This document shows positions 1-12,642 of a stretch of 49,470 bases of DNA, piece after piece (within the stretch, counting starts at the first letter, position 1; every line of letters starts with the position of its first letter). The translations under genes and the position numbers were made by a program. Where the stretch lies: NCBI RefSeq assembly GCF_001194135.2, contig NC_068982.1, positions 72,180,906 through 72,230,375 on the forward strand. Direction: 5' to 3'. The DNA comes from Octopus bimaculoides (Eukaryota). Under the pieces are notes generated by a model. That model saw nothing but the letters and a program-made list of their open reading frames with translations, had not been told where the DNA came from and did not search any database.

Positions 1-240
1 TGTACTCTTTCACCACAACTTTCTCTCACTCTTACTTCCTGTTTCTGTTGTGCCTGTAATTCAAAGGGTCAGCCTTGTCACACTGTGTCACGCTGAATAT
101 CCCCGAGAACTACGTTAAGGGCGCACGTGTCTGTGGAGTGCTCAGCCACTTGCACGTTAATTTCACGAGCATGCTGTTTCGTTGATCGGATCAACTGGAA
201 CCCTCGACGTCGTAAGCGACGGAGTGCCAACAACTACTAC
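1..240 (+). mobile_element. SINE family A, 3' part (cut by window edge)
   Basis: Matches 10345-10575. Confidence 0.85.
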
Positions 241-439
241 TATTTCGTCTGTCTTTACGTTCTGAGAACAAATTCCACAGAGGTCGACTTTGCCTTTCGT
301 CCTTTTGGGATCGATAAAACAAGTACCAGTCGAGCATAAGGGTCGATGTAATCGACTAACTCCCACCCCACACCGAAATTGCTAGTCTTGAGCCAAAATG
401 TGAACCCCATATATATCAATACATATCAGTAATAATGGG

Positions 440-755
440 AACAACAACGGTGATGTAGATGGAGATGAGGAAGGTGATGACGACGATGATGTTGACAATG
501 AGAATGGAGATGATGGCGGTGATGTTGTACACCAGTTGGTGGTGGTGGTGATGAAGACTACGGTGGTGATGAAGACGACGGTGGTGTTGTCAATGATGAT
601 AATGGTGATGTTGGCAATGATAATGATGATAGTGATGGTGATGATGATGATGAGGCGACGACGACGTCTGAACGACGACATAAATTATGATGATAGACAT
701 GATAATGACTACGATGGTGACGATGCATTTACCTTTTCTGAGAAGCTGCAATGAC
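440..755. repeat. Degenerate (GAT/GGT/GAC)n low-complexity tract
   Basis: Directly visible; explains the Met/Val/Ile/Asp-rich spurious ORFs. Confidence 0.9.
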
Positions 756-1908
756 ATTTGAAGACAAGCGAGCTGGAGAGCCTTAACCTGGTCTCTTAAC
801 GTGCTAGAAATAGCGGCAAAATTCAGAGGAATTGTATCCAGTCACCCTCAGTACGGAGAGACACAATTGACAGTGGAATTCCTGAGATATAAAAATACAG
901 GATGGCCACAGTTGTAATATACATATACACTCATTACCTATTTTCCTGTCTTCCATCGAATTATTTACATAGACATATTCGTTTACGAAACGTAACTTTC
1001 AATGCTGGCTCTAGTTTGTATAGAAAATCTGCAGAGATAACTTTAAAAAGTGCTGGAATAGAATAATGGTACAGACAAGAGGGAATCATAAATATTGGTG
1101 AATTGGAAGAATCGCTAAAGCATTGAGCAGAATGCTTCGCGTTATTTCTACCGATTCCCTGCGTTCTGAGTGCAAGCCTTGATGAGAATCAACTTTACAT
1201 TTCTTCCTTTCGAGATCGGGGGTGGAAGGGAAGTACCAATCCAGGGCGCTTGACGAGGGAACCTGTAGGAACTGCGAACAATTCGATGGAAGATAGGAAA
1301 ATAGGTAATGGATATATATACAAATTACAGCTGTGACCATCCCGTATTTTTATATCTCAGGGATTCCACTGTCCATTCTGACTCTTCTTACTGAGGGTGG
1401 CTGGATATAATTCCACTGAATTTTGCCGCTATTTCTAGCGCGGATGCTTTGCGGTATATCTTCCGTGTGTTTATGTTCTGAGTTAAAATCTTGACATGGA
1501 TTATTTAGGTGATAGACTTAATCTATCACTCGGCGTAACACGATCGACCACCTGGCACCTTCGATGTCTCTGGTGCAGTCGACTCCACCGGTTCTTCCGT
1601 TTGATAACTTCCTGCCTCTCTCTCATCCGTCCGTGTGAAAGGTCGCAAGTGCTACCTTCTCTCCTTATTTAGTGATTTTTTGAAAAAAGAAATATCATCT
1701 CCAAAACTTTATTTGTTTTATATTCAATTAAATAATCGAGTAAATTATCATTTTTCATAAGACAGTTTTAGTTTTGATTAAAAAAGGAACTCCGAGGAAG
1801 AAAAAAACAACAAAAATAAAGAAATGAAACTAAGAAAAATGGTTATTTTTTTACGGCACCCGTGTGTCTTTTATACCAACAAACACTGCAAGTCAGTGTC
1901 TAGATATA

Positions 1909-2580
1909 CAGGGCATTTCAAAATTCTATGTCACATTCTAAGAATCCTTATATCATGAACTACAAATGGTAGCATGATTGAACTGGTACCGTTTAAAAGC
2001 TAAAAGTGTCAAATTTTCTTCTGTTAATTTAATTTTAATTTAATTAATTAAACTTGATTAAATTTTGTTTTCTGCCTCTTTTCAGATCCAGTAATGTCAT
2101 TCATAAAATAAGAGAAGTCATTTTGCATCCTAGAATACGCTAAAACTGAATCATGGACCCGTGTTCAACGCAAATTTCGTACAACGTTTATCAAGCAGGC
2201 ACCAGACAGACGTTCCATTTTGAATTGGCATGCAAAATTTAAGGAGGAGGGGTGTTTGTGTCCAGCAAAGGGAACAAGTCACCCCTCAACTTCAGATGAT
2301 ACGGTTGAACAAGTTCAGCAAGCCTTCCAGCGCAGCGCCCAGAAATCTGTCAGAAGAGCCAGTCGAGAACTTCAGCTTCCATCAACAACTGTTTGGCGCG
2401 TCTTAAGGAGACGGGTACAGTGCCCACCATACAAGCTGCAATTGGTTCAACAGTTGGACACTGATAAACCTATTCGCCATGAATTTTGCACAGGGGTGTC
2501 TGCTGGCATGAAATGATAGGTCAGCGTGTAACATCTTAAGATATATCTTTTTCTCTGATGAAATTACGTTCATAACATAT
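1909..2580 (+). mobile_element. Tc1/mariner-superfamily transposon, 5' part, degenerate
   Basis: TA then CAGGGCATTTCAAAA terminus. From 2094 it reads MSFIK*EKSFCILEYAK...RVQRKF...WHAKFKEEG...QKSVRRASRELQLPSTTVWRVLRRR...PYKLQLVQQL...FSDE, i.e. HTH plus start of the DDE domain, with stops. Confidence 0.85.
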
Positions 2581-2838
2581 AAATGCAATTTTAAAGCATA
2601 AATTTGTAACTTGCCTACTGGGCACTAATGGAAACGGCTGCAAGAAGTAAAGATTACCAATTTTTTAATAATAAATATTTATTAACTTTCAACTCTCCAT
2701 TTTCTTTCCTTCAATTAACTGAACATGGATTATATATATATACTAAAGTTCATTTGGCAAATAAACTTTACTATTCGGTACTTCGGTACTGTTACTGCAT
2801 ATCTCTCGCTCAGAGATTTAAAACTAGCTGCTTTTCTC

Positions 2839-2879
<41 letters not shown>

Positions 2880-3314
2880 NNNNNNNNNNNNNNNNNNNNN
2901 NNNNNNNNNNNNNNNNNNNNNNNNNNNNNNNNNNNNNNNNNNNNNNNNNNNNNNNNNNNNNNNNNNNNNNNNNNNNNNNNNNNNNNNNNNNNNNNNNNNN
3001 NNNNNNNNNNNNNNNNNNNNNNNNNNNNNNNNNNNNNNNNNNNNNNNNNNNNNNNNNNNNNNNNNNNNNNNNNNNNNNNNNNNNNNNNNNNNNNNNNNNN
3101 NNNNNNNNNNNNNNNNNNNNNNNNNNNNNNNNNNNNNNNNNNNNNNNNNNNNNNNNNNNNNNNNNNNNNNNNNNNNNNNNNNNNNNNNNNNNNNNNNNNN
3201 NNNNNNNNNNNNNNNNNNNNNNNNNNNNNNNNNNNNNNNNNNNNNNNNNNNNNNNNNNNNNNNNNNNNNNNNNNNNNNNNNNNNNNNNNNNNNNNNNNNN
3301 NNNNNNNNNNNNNN
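2880..3314. other. Assembly gap (N). Others: 4528-4996, 9610-9661, 13994-14235, 15436-15942, 31116-31541, 38297-38400, 41495-42064, 48124-48485
   Basis: N runs; most abut microsatellites, poly-G or RTE repeats. Confidence 0.99.
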
Positions 3315-4234
3315 ATATATATATATATATATATACATAGGAACAGGCGTAGTTGTATGGTAAGAAACTTGCTTCCCAGCCACATGTTCCAGATTCAGTC
3401 CCACTACATGACACCTTGGGCAAGTGTCTTCTACTATAGCCTCGGGCAGACCAAAGCCTTGTGAGTGGATTTGGTACACGGAAACTGTCCCCCTCACCAT
3501 CGCTTGACAACCGATGTTGGTGTATTTACGTCCCCGTAACTTAGCAGTTCGGCAAACGAGAAAAATAGAATATGTACTAGGCTTACAAAAAATAAGTCCT
3601 GGGTTCGATTTCTTCGGCTAAAAAAATGCTTTAAGGTGGTGCCCCAGCATGGCCGCAGTCAAATGGCTGAAACAAGTAAAAGAATAAAGACTAAAGAATA
3701 TAAAGCAAGGGTCAAGTGAGAGGGGCTACTACTTCGCACTACTTTCTCAGATAACCAACTAACAATAAAAAAAAGCAGAGACTAACGTCCAGCAATTGCT
3801 TTTCCATCTTAGAATCAGGAAATAGAATGTAATCCCTAACCCTTTAAAGAGCTTTCAAAACTGGTGAGAGAAAGGACGAAGATGTCCTTAAACCAGAGAA
3901 CTGTCCCGGATACTCATAACAGAGAATACTCTGCTAAAACAAAAAAAGGTATCCAAAGGTGGTGGTGTCAAACCGGGTCATGAAGTCTACCACGTAAATA
4001 GGCTGTGGCGGAATTTGAACTCAGAAAGCAAACAGCCAGAACAAATAGCACAAAGTATCTGGTTTGACATTCTTATGGTCCTCCGATTCACCGCTCCAGA
4101 TTGGTACTTTTTTATTGAGCTCGAAAAGATAGAGGACCAGGTTGACCTCCGTGAGATTTGAACTCAGTTTAGAGTCAAATAAATTGTAAGTTTTATCTTT
4201 TCATCCTACCATCGATGTAATAATAAATCCTTGG

Positions 4235-4452
4235 AAGGCATCGAGCTGGTAGAAACGTTAGCACGCCGGGCGAAATGCTTAGCAGTATTTCGTCTGCCGT
4301 TACGTTCTGAGTTCAAATTCTGCCGAGGTCGACTTTGCCTTTCATCCTTTCGAGGTCGATAAATTATGTACCAGTTGCGTACTGGGTCGATCTAATCGAT
4401 CCCCCCCCCCTCCCTCAAAATTTCGGACTTTGTGCCTAGAGTAGAAAAGAAT
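4235..4452 (+). mobile_element. tRNA-type SINE family C. Other copies at about 240-400, 5030-5420(-), 6366-6570, 8461-8580, 9670-9830(-), 10870-11050(-), 18915-19085, 28900-29100, 40200-40350(-), 43604-43811(-)
   Basis: AAGGC.GCGAGCTGG..GAA head, GAGTTCAAATTC B-box-like motif, conserved core gactttgcctttcatcctttcggggtcgataaa..aagtaccag. The core may be a MetaSINE-like domain (recalled, unverified). Confidence 0.8.
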
Positions 4453-7400
4453 ATATAAGGTGAAACTAGACATTTGGACGTCGAGTAAACTGAACCCAGT
4501 ATTTGCTGCTACGTTTATCGAGTCAGGNNNNNNNNNNNNNNNNNNNNNNNNNNNNNNNNNNNNNNNNNNNNNNNNNNNNNNNNNNNNNNNNNNNNNNNNN
4601 NNNNNNNNNNNNNNNNNNNNNNNNNNNNNNNNNNNNNNNNNNNNNNNNNNNNNNNNNNNNNNNNNNNNNNNNNNNNNNNNNNNNNNNNNNNNNNNNNNNN
4701 NNNNNNNNNNNNNNNNNNNNNNNNNNNNNNNNNNNNNNNNNNNNNNNNNNNNNNNNNNNNNNNNNNNNNNNNNNNNNNNNNNNNNNNNNNNNNNNNNNNN
4801 NNNNNNNNNNNNNNNNNNNNNNNNNNNNNNNNNNNNNNNNNNNNNNNNNNNNNNNNNNNNNNNNNNNNNNNNNNNNNNNNNNNNNNNNNNNNNNNNNNNN
4901 NNNNNNNNNNNNNNNNNNNNNNNNNNNNNNNNNNNNNNNNNNNNNNNNNNNNNNNNNNNNNNNNNNNNNNNNNNNNNNNNNNNNNNNNNNNNNNNNGGGG
5001 GGGGGGTCGCCAATTACATCGATCCCAGTAACCTAGTACTCAACTGGTACTTTGTTTTATCCACGCTGGAAGGATAAAAGGCAAAGTTGACTTCGGCAGA
5101 TATCTGAACTCAGAACTTACACAACAGAAGAAATGCAGCATAGCAATTTGGCCGACTCGCTAACGATTCTGCCATTTCGTCGCTTTTGTAGTAATAATTT
5201 ATATCTACAATTGGCACAAAGCCTGAAATTTTGGGAGAAAGAGTCTAGAAGGAGTTGATTACGTCAACCTTTGTGCTCAACTAGTAATAATTGTATCGAT
5301 TCCGAAAGGACGAAGGGTGAAGACGACTTCGACGAAATTTGAACTTAGTGCATGAACAGCCGGAAGAAATGTCGCTAAGTATTTTGTCCGACTTGCTAAC
5401 GATTCTCCAAACTCGCCGCCTTCGTCTTGCATGATCATCACGACATCATTTTACATTTATTTTTCCAGTACTTGCATGGGTTGGGCGGTTTATTCCAGCA
5501 CATCATCACACCACTTGTTGCCGTTCTTTCTAAGATCCAGTCCCCTGATGTCACCTTCGCCACTTTTTCTGTTTTCCTTTTTTGCATTTGGATTATTTGG
5601 CACTTCTTCATCACATATGTGACGCAAACACGACTGTGTAGTAAGGAAATTCGTTTCCTACCAACGTAGTTTCGTGTTCAATTCCCCAGCGTGACACTTT
5701 AGGCAAGTGTCTTCTACCATAATGCAAAACCTCGTGAATGGACGAAAACTGGAAGAAACCCGTTAAGAGCGTCGTTGTTATATGATTGGTATCGTTCGTT
5801 TCCAATCATCCGTAAAAACATGTTCAGCCAAGGGGGAAATATTACTTTGCTTGGAAACAGACGGAGGTTGGCGACGCAAAGAGCATCCAGTCGCAGAAAA
5901 TTTGCCTCACCGAATTGCTTCTGACCTATGCCAGCATGAAAAAGCAGATGATATAGTAATAATAATAATGATGATGATAATGATGGTGCTGGTGCTGGTG
6001 ATGATGATATCCGTTCCAGTGCAGTCTCCTCTCTTTCGCACTTTGTCTGAAGCCTCTTAAAACCGGATTTTCTCTCGAGTTATTTCTGCTCCATCGTTCA
6101 CACCTGCCTCTTTTCTTTTCAACCGTCACACACCTACATTACGTTTCCACGTTTCGGGCCCTGTGTGACATCGTACTTCATACAAAAGCAATCTTAAAAA
6201 TCTAGTCTTTCCCTCGGAAAATAAATCCTTTTTGTAGCAATCAGGTGTTATAACTTCCTGAACTTTTTTTCCACCTTACTCCTGCTGCACCACGATATCC
6301 TTATCAGCCTAACTGTGAGCCCAGCGGCTATTCGCAATACCAATGAATGTATTATTCACTATCCTAAGGCAGCGAGCTGGAAGAATCGTGAGCACGCCGG
6401 GCAAAATGCTTAGTGGTATTCGTCTGCCTTTATGTTCTGAGTTCAAATTCCGTAGAGGTCGACTTTGCCTTTCATCTTTTCGGTGGGTAAAATAAGTAAC
6501 TGGAGTTGATGTAATCGATTTACATCCTCATCCCCTCCCCCAAAATTTCTGCCCTTATAGCAAAATTTGAAACTATTATTCACTAGCCTATACATCAGAG
6601 GTGACAAATTTCGACAAAGTATGTCGCTGCGAGAACACATCATTGACAACGCCCAAAATGCATCTTGTTTCTCACTAGTTTTCGTCTCCTAATATATTAT
6701 GTTGTTTTCAATACATGAGAAATTTTATCTCGGACAAAAACTAGCACCTTGCCTGTCAAACATCATCATTGTCTTGTTCTAGCTTCCGTTTTGAGTAGGA
6801 CGGCTTGGCTGGAACTGGTAAGCTGCATCAGGCTCGTCTGTTTTGGCTTTGTTTCTATGGCTGGATGCTCTTCCTAACACCAACCGCTCCACAGAGTATA
6901 CTAGGTGTTTTTCATGTGTCACCAACACTGGTCACAACGACGGTTTCTCTTACGTTAAATATGATACATAGATGGTCATTGCCCCCATGGCTTATACAGG
7001 CTACAATAAACGCTACACTGAGCTTGACCGTTCCTCCGATAGTAGACGACTTACCTATTAACTAAAACTTTCGTCTTTGGTTGGCATTTAAAACCCCTGT
7101 CTCGATTCTAGGTTTAAACTTTCAGATTAGGAATTTCTTTAATTCTTTGGCGGATTCACTTGAAAACTGGGTCATCAATATACAGGTCTAGTTTGAATCA
7201 ACATATGGTCAAAGTCATCTAAGTTATAATCATCTCTGGTTTTCAGATATTATGCATCTGTGGAAATATATTTATGTAATGTGTTTTTTTTTTTTTGCAC
7301 TTTTTAAGGTGAGTAGTGTGCGATTTGAGGGAGATTTATTATTTCTAGCAGACTCAATACCTGCATAGAACAGGGGTTCTGAAAGTGGTCCTTATAGACC

Positions 7401-7886
7401 CCTGATGGGGAGTGAATAAAATTTTGAGAGGGATACATAAAAGCTTAAGGGTCCACGAGTTTGCATTCATAAATCTCTTTATAACAGAACAAAAACTGCT
7501 GAGTTTAGTCGTGTTCATTACTTATTAAATAGAGAAGCACTTTGAACACAGAACGTGATGACTAATAGTTAAAACTTACAAATCTACAACCTAATATTCA
7601 GGACCTTCCTCATGCCCATCAAACCCATCTTTCTTAATGAAAGACAACTCAAGCATTGTGCTTGCAGTTATAGTTTATTGATTATTTATTCACATAAATT
7701 GTTTTATAATTCTACATTATGTTTTGAGATGGTCGTTTTTAATTCTCTTTCTTGCCAAATAAACACACGCACTATATATTCGTTCTTCACTTGTAATTGA
7801 GCAGAATGGGCTAAATAGGAGATACATGGGATGGAAGAGCCGCTGAAGAGGTCACAAGTGTGTGACGAAAGATTTCTAGACAATGG

Positions 7887-8267
7887 TTGTTGTTATTGTT
7901 GGCACTCCGTCGCTTACGACGTCGAGAGTTCCAGTTGATCCGATCAACAGAACAGCCTGCTCGTGAAATTAGCGTGCAAGTGGTTGAGCACTCCACAGAC
8001 ACGTGTACCCTTAACGTAGTTCTTGGGGATATTCAGCGTGACAGTGTGACAAGGCTGACCCTTCGAATTACAGGCACAACAGAAACAAGAAGTAAGAGTG
8101 AGAGAAAGTTGTGGTGAAAGAGTACAGCAGGGTTCACCACCATCCCCTGCTGGAGCCTCGTGGAGCTTTAGGTGTTTTCGCTCAATAAACACTCACAATG
8201 CCCGGTCTGGGAATCGAAACCACGATTGTATGACCGCCAGTCCGCTGCCCTAAGCACTGGGCCTCCA
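7887..8267 (-). mobile_element. SINE family A copy
   Basis: Reverse complement of the 10194 copy; TSD CTAGACAATGG at 7876-7886 and 8268-8278. Confidence 0.9.
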
Positions 8268-8587
8268 CTAGACAATGGACATAAGAACAATAATGAGTGG
8301 AGAACGAATATATCGTGCGTGTTTATTTGGCAAGAAAAAAAATTACCTTTCTGAAATATGTATAACAAGATCTGTTTCAACACACAATTTCACATCAGGA
8401 AAGTTGCAAAACACAATTCATAAAAGTAATGTTTTGTAATTCAATATTTACTAATTTGTGAAGGCAGTGAGCTGGTAGAATCGTAAGCATGTAGGACAAA
8501 ATGCTTAGCAGTATTTCATCTGTCTTAACATTCTAAGTTCAAATGCCACCAAAGGAGACTTTGCTCTTCATCCTTTTAAGGCCTAGT

Positions 8588-8628
<41 letters not shown>

Positions 8629-8864
8629 AAAATACATGGTTTTTCCTACCACTGCCTGACAACTGGTGTTGGTTTGTTCATGTCCCCATAATTTAGACAG
8701 AATATGTAGTACCAGACTTAAAAATAAACTACTGGGGTCAATTTGTTTGACTAAAACCTTTCAAGATGGTCCCCCAGCATGGCCACTGTCTAATAACTGA
8801 AACAAATGATGAAAAATGCTTACAACAATGAAAAAAAGGCAAACACTTTATGTTTAAAAACCAT

Positions 8865-8870
8865 TTTATT
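8865..8870 (-). terminator. Candidate NSA2 polyadenylation signal AATAAA
   Basis: AATAAA on the minus strand 14 nt after the stop codon; no transcript support available. Confidence 0.45.
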
Positions 8871-8884
8871 CCCACCTCTCTCTG

Positions 8885-8952
8885 TTACACTAACAATATA
8901 GCATTAATACAACCATCGTTTTCTGGATTGTTTGTTACTTGTGCATATTTAC
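8885..8952 (-). CDS. NSA2: NSA2 exon 10 ([21 protein letters not shown])
   Basis: tgcag|GT ... TAA. Confidence 0.96.
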
Positions 8953-11900
8953 CTGCAAGGAAAAAGGAGAAAAAGGATAAATTAACATGGAATATTTTAT
9001 CACAGTGTAAACATTATTATAATAATTACTCAGGGTGACGGATTGGCAGAAGTGTTTTGAGGAAGAGAGAAAAAAAATCATTTGCAGTATTTGTTCCAAT
9101 ATATTCAGAGTTCAAATCTGGCTGAGGCCAAACTTTGCTTTTGATCCCTCTAGGACAGTGGTTTGCAAACAGGGTCCCTATGACCTTTGGGGGAAGGGGG
9201 AGAGCACATAAGATTTGGGGGGATGGGTCCACACAAGTAAAATAGTAAATTAGGGATTCACAGTAGTATCTTAAAGGCCAATGAAAACAATTTTGCTTTT
9301 GAAGTATTTATTGCTAGAAACAACTTTCTCAAACATTCTGTAAATTAGGGATCCACAGAAATATCTTGAGGGCCCCATGAAAAAGTTCTGCTTTTTACAG
9401 GCTAGTTATGTAATGCTGGTGTCAGCCACAACTATGATCTCAATTGGCTTGACAGGTTTTCTCAAATGTGTTATATTGCCAAAATGTCTCAGTCACTTGT
9501 CACTGCCTCGGTGAGGCCCAATGTTCGAATGGTATGGCTTACGTGCCAGTTACGCAACACTGGCATTGGCCACAAATTTTGGCACAACGCCAGCAATTGT
9601 TTTTTTTGGNNNNNNNNNNNNNNNNNNNNNNNNNNNNNNNNNNNNNNNNNNNNNNNNNNNNGGGGGGGGGGGGGGAATAAGTTGATCACATCAACTCCAG
9701 TGCTGAATTGGTGTTTGCTTTAATAATCCCAAAAGGATGAAAGACAAAGTAGATCTCAGTGGAATTTGAACACAGAATATAAAGACAGACAGAGTTCTGT
9801 TAAGCATTTTGCCCAGTGTGCTAATTATTCAATTTGTGATATTATCATGTCTGTAAGGGGGTGAGGAGTGGCAAAGATTGTGATGCTCTGAGCAGTAATT
9901 AATTTTGTTGATTAATGACATACGTCAAATTCTGACAGTCAGCTTCAACAATGCACTGGTGGTCTGCAGGAAATAATTACTATATTCAGTTAAATAAACT
10001 ACAGCTGCCCCAACACATTATGAGTGAGTGCATACAAGTTATATTATGTAATAAAAAATTTATACAGGCTCAAGGGATCACCAAAACCCAAGTAACAGGG
10101 TAGACAGAGACGACAATAACAGCAGGACCTTTCAGTTAGTATATAAGGTTGCTTAATGTAAATACCATATAATTCATTTCTATATCAATTATAGTGGAGG
10201 CGCAATGGCCCAGTGGTTAGGGCAGTGGACTCGCAGTCATAGGATCGCGGTTTCAATTCCCAGACTGGGCGTTGTGAGTGTTTATTGAGCGAAAACACCT
10301 AAAGCTCCACAAGGCTTCAGCAGGGGATGATGGCGAACCCTGCTGTAGTCTTTCACCACAACTTTCTCTCACTCTTACTTCCTGTTGTGCCTGTAATTCA
10401 AAGGGTCAGCCTTGTCACACTGTGTCATGCTGAATATCCCCGAGAACTACGTTAAGGGTACACGTGTCTGTGGAGTGCTCAGCCACTTGCACATTAATTT
10501 CACGAGCAGGCTGTTCCGTTGATCGGATCAAATGGAACCCTCGACATCGTAAGCGACGGAGTGCCAACAACAACAATCAATTATAAAAGGTTGTGCATTT
10601 TTTTTTTAACCTTGACAATTTTTCCCCACAGCTTTAAGCAACTGTGAGATGAAAAGCAGACTGAGACAAACAGAATACTATGTCCTACCCAGGACAAGTT
10701 AAATGGTTGTAATAAAGAGTTCAGTGTTAAAATATGGTCAGTATGTTATGTTATACAAGATTATTAGTTCTTCTTGAGCCCTAAAGCAGGTTACACAGTT
10801 TCTATGAAAGATAAGTGACCAAGATCATAACAACCCATGAGTATAAATCTGGTCTATTGCAAGTGATTTTGAGGGGAGATAACAAGTCAATTACACTAAC
10901 CCCAGTACTTGACTGGTACTTTTTTCTTATCAACTCCTAAGAAATGAAAGGCAAAGTTGATCTTGGCAAGATTTGAGCTCAGAACATAAAGAGCCAGAAG
11001 AAATTCCACTTAGCATTTTGTCAAATGTGCTCATGATTCTGCCAGGTTGCCACATTATACTAGTTTATAAGTAGTTGAAATAGTTCTGTAAGTCTACAAT
11101 GCTGGGTTCAATTCAACCGAATCAGTGTATCCTTAATCATAAAACTACAACACTAACCTTTTTAGTTAAATATAGATTTGTTGAAATACACTATATTGTT
11201 CCAATTAATTAAACTGGTATGTGGAGCGAAAATTAACATGAAATATTTTTTAAAAAAGATTTTAATTTAAATCACTTAAAAACAAGTTTGTATCAAAGAA
11301 TCAGGCAGGTTGGTATCATTACAAGGGTTAAGACAAAATGCTTGAGGATTCCTAACAACTCAATGCAGGAGGAGGGGAGTAACCAAATATTAAATTTACT
11401 ATTGTAACTATACAGGTAAGCAGATCAAATAATATTTGCCAAACTATTGTAATGAAGTGTATAACAAACTTACCCCAGATTACTTTACCACCTTGCGTCA
11501 CTAAACCCAATTCACTTACATTAACCTAAAATAGAATAAAAATTGTTAAGAGAGAGAAAAAATATAGGATTAAGTATTTTTCCTGTATATGTTAAGTCGT
11601 CACTTAATGATTAGAGACCACTTTTCAAAGAAAGTTTTGATTTTTAAAAATAATCACAAAAGTTGAGCAACAAGTGGGTCCAATGTTAATGATAAATATT
11701 ACAGAATATAAACGAAGGGATTAAAGTTATTTCCCTTAGATTAGAAAGGTCGTAACTTCCTTTAAAACAAATGTAAAGAGGGGTTCACAAATCTTGCAGT
11801 TTCAGTAAATATAGAAGTAACAAACGGATTTCATAACTTGCAGGATGTTATGGCCTGATGGTTGAGGTAGGATTTTTATGGTTGGATGCACTCCTTGTTG

Positions 11901-12586
11901 ATAATCTATTGCTGTTTTTCAGGTAATGGCTCTTTTCTTTTTATTCCAGAGGACCTCAAAAATGCAGACCAAAGTTTGTTGCAGGCTTGTCACCAGATTT
12001 TGGTCCCAGGGGCCCTTCAGAATATTCTGGGTGGGCACTAATTTGCAACAACGGTATAGTGGAGTTTCGAAATAAGTGCACCAGTGAATAGTGAGGGGGA
12101 AGTGCTGACCAGTGCACCCCCTTAGCAACAGGCATGGTTTGTCGACAGAAATACCAACAAATGCCACCAGTTGCAACCCAGCTACAAATCGAGACGTCAC
12201 TGGTTTCAGGTTTGGAATTTAAGCAGTAGCTTATCAATAATGTGCTGTAATATTTCTACCAGACCACAATCAAGTTGAGCTACTTATCGAGCTAGTTTGC
12301 CTACAATTACATAGTCTACAAGCTAAATCATCATTGACATCATTGTAACGTTCACTTTTCCATGCCTGCATGGGAGCATGGAGTTTATAATGAGGCAGAT
12401 TTTCTATGGCTAGATAACCTTTCTGAAGCCAACCCTCATCCGTTTACAAGCAAGATAAATATTTCCCTGTGGCAAGTCATGTTCTCACAGAATATTGGAA
12501 ATGAAGGATACTAATTGTATGATAGTAACACTCGTCTACAACCAATCACATGATATCAAGACAAAGAGACAGTAAACACATATATA

Positions 12587-12642
<56 letters not shown>

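Noticed and set aside
382-754. Met/Val/Ile/Thr-rich ORFs
   Set aside because: Translation of a trinucleotide low-complexity tract.
2725-5077. Long ORFs in the supplied track (also near 14000, 15300-16200, 31000, 41300-42200, 48000)
   Set aside because: They run through N-gaps and microsatellites and are not real ORFs.
7055-7220. Exon-like AG...GTAAGT segment on the minus strand
   Set aside because: All three frames contain stops and there is no recognisable protein similarity.
10194-10270. tRNA-like A/B boxes
   Set aside because: These are heads of multi-copy SINEs with TSDs, not tRNA genes; no full cloverleaf.
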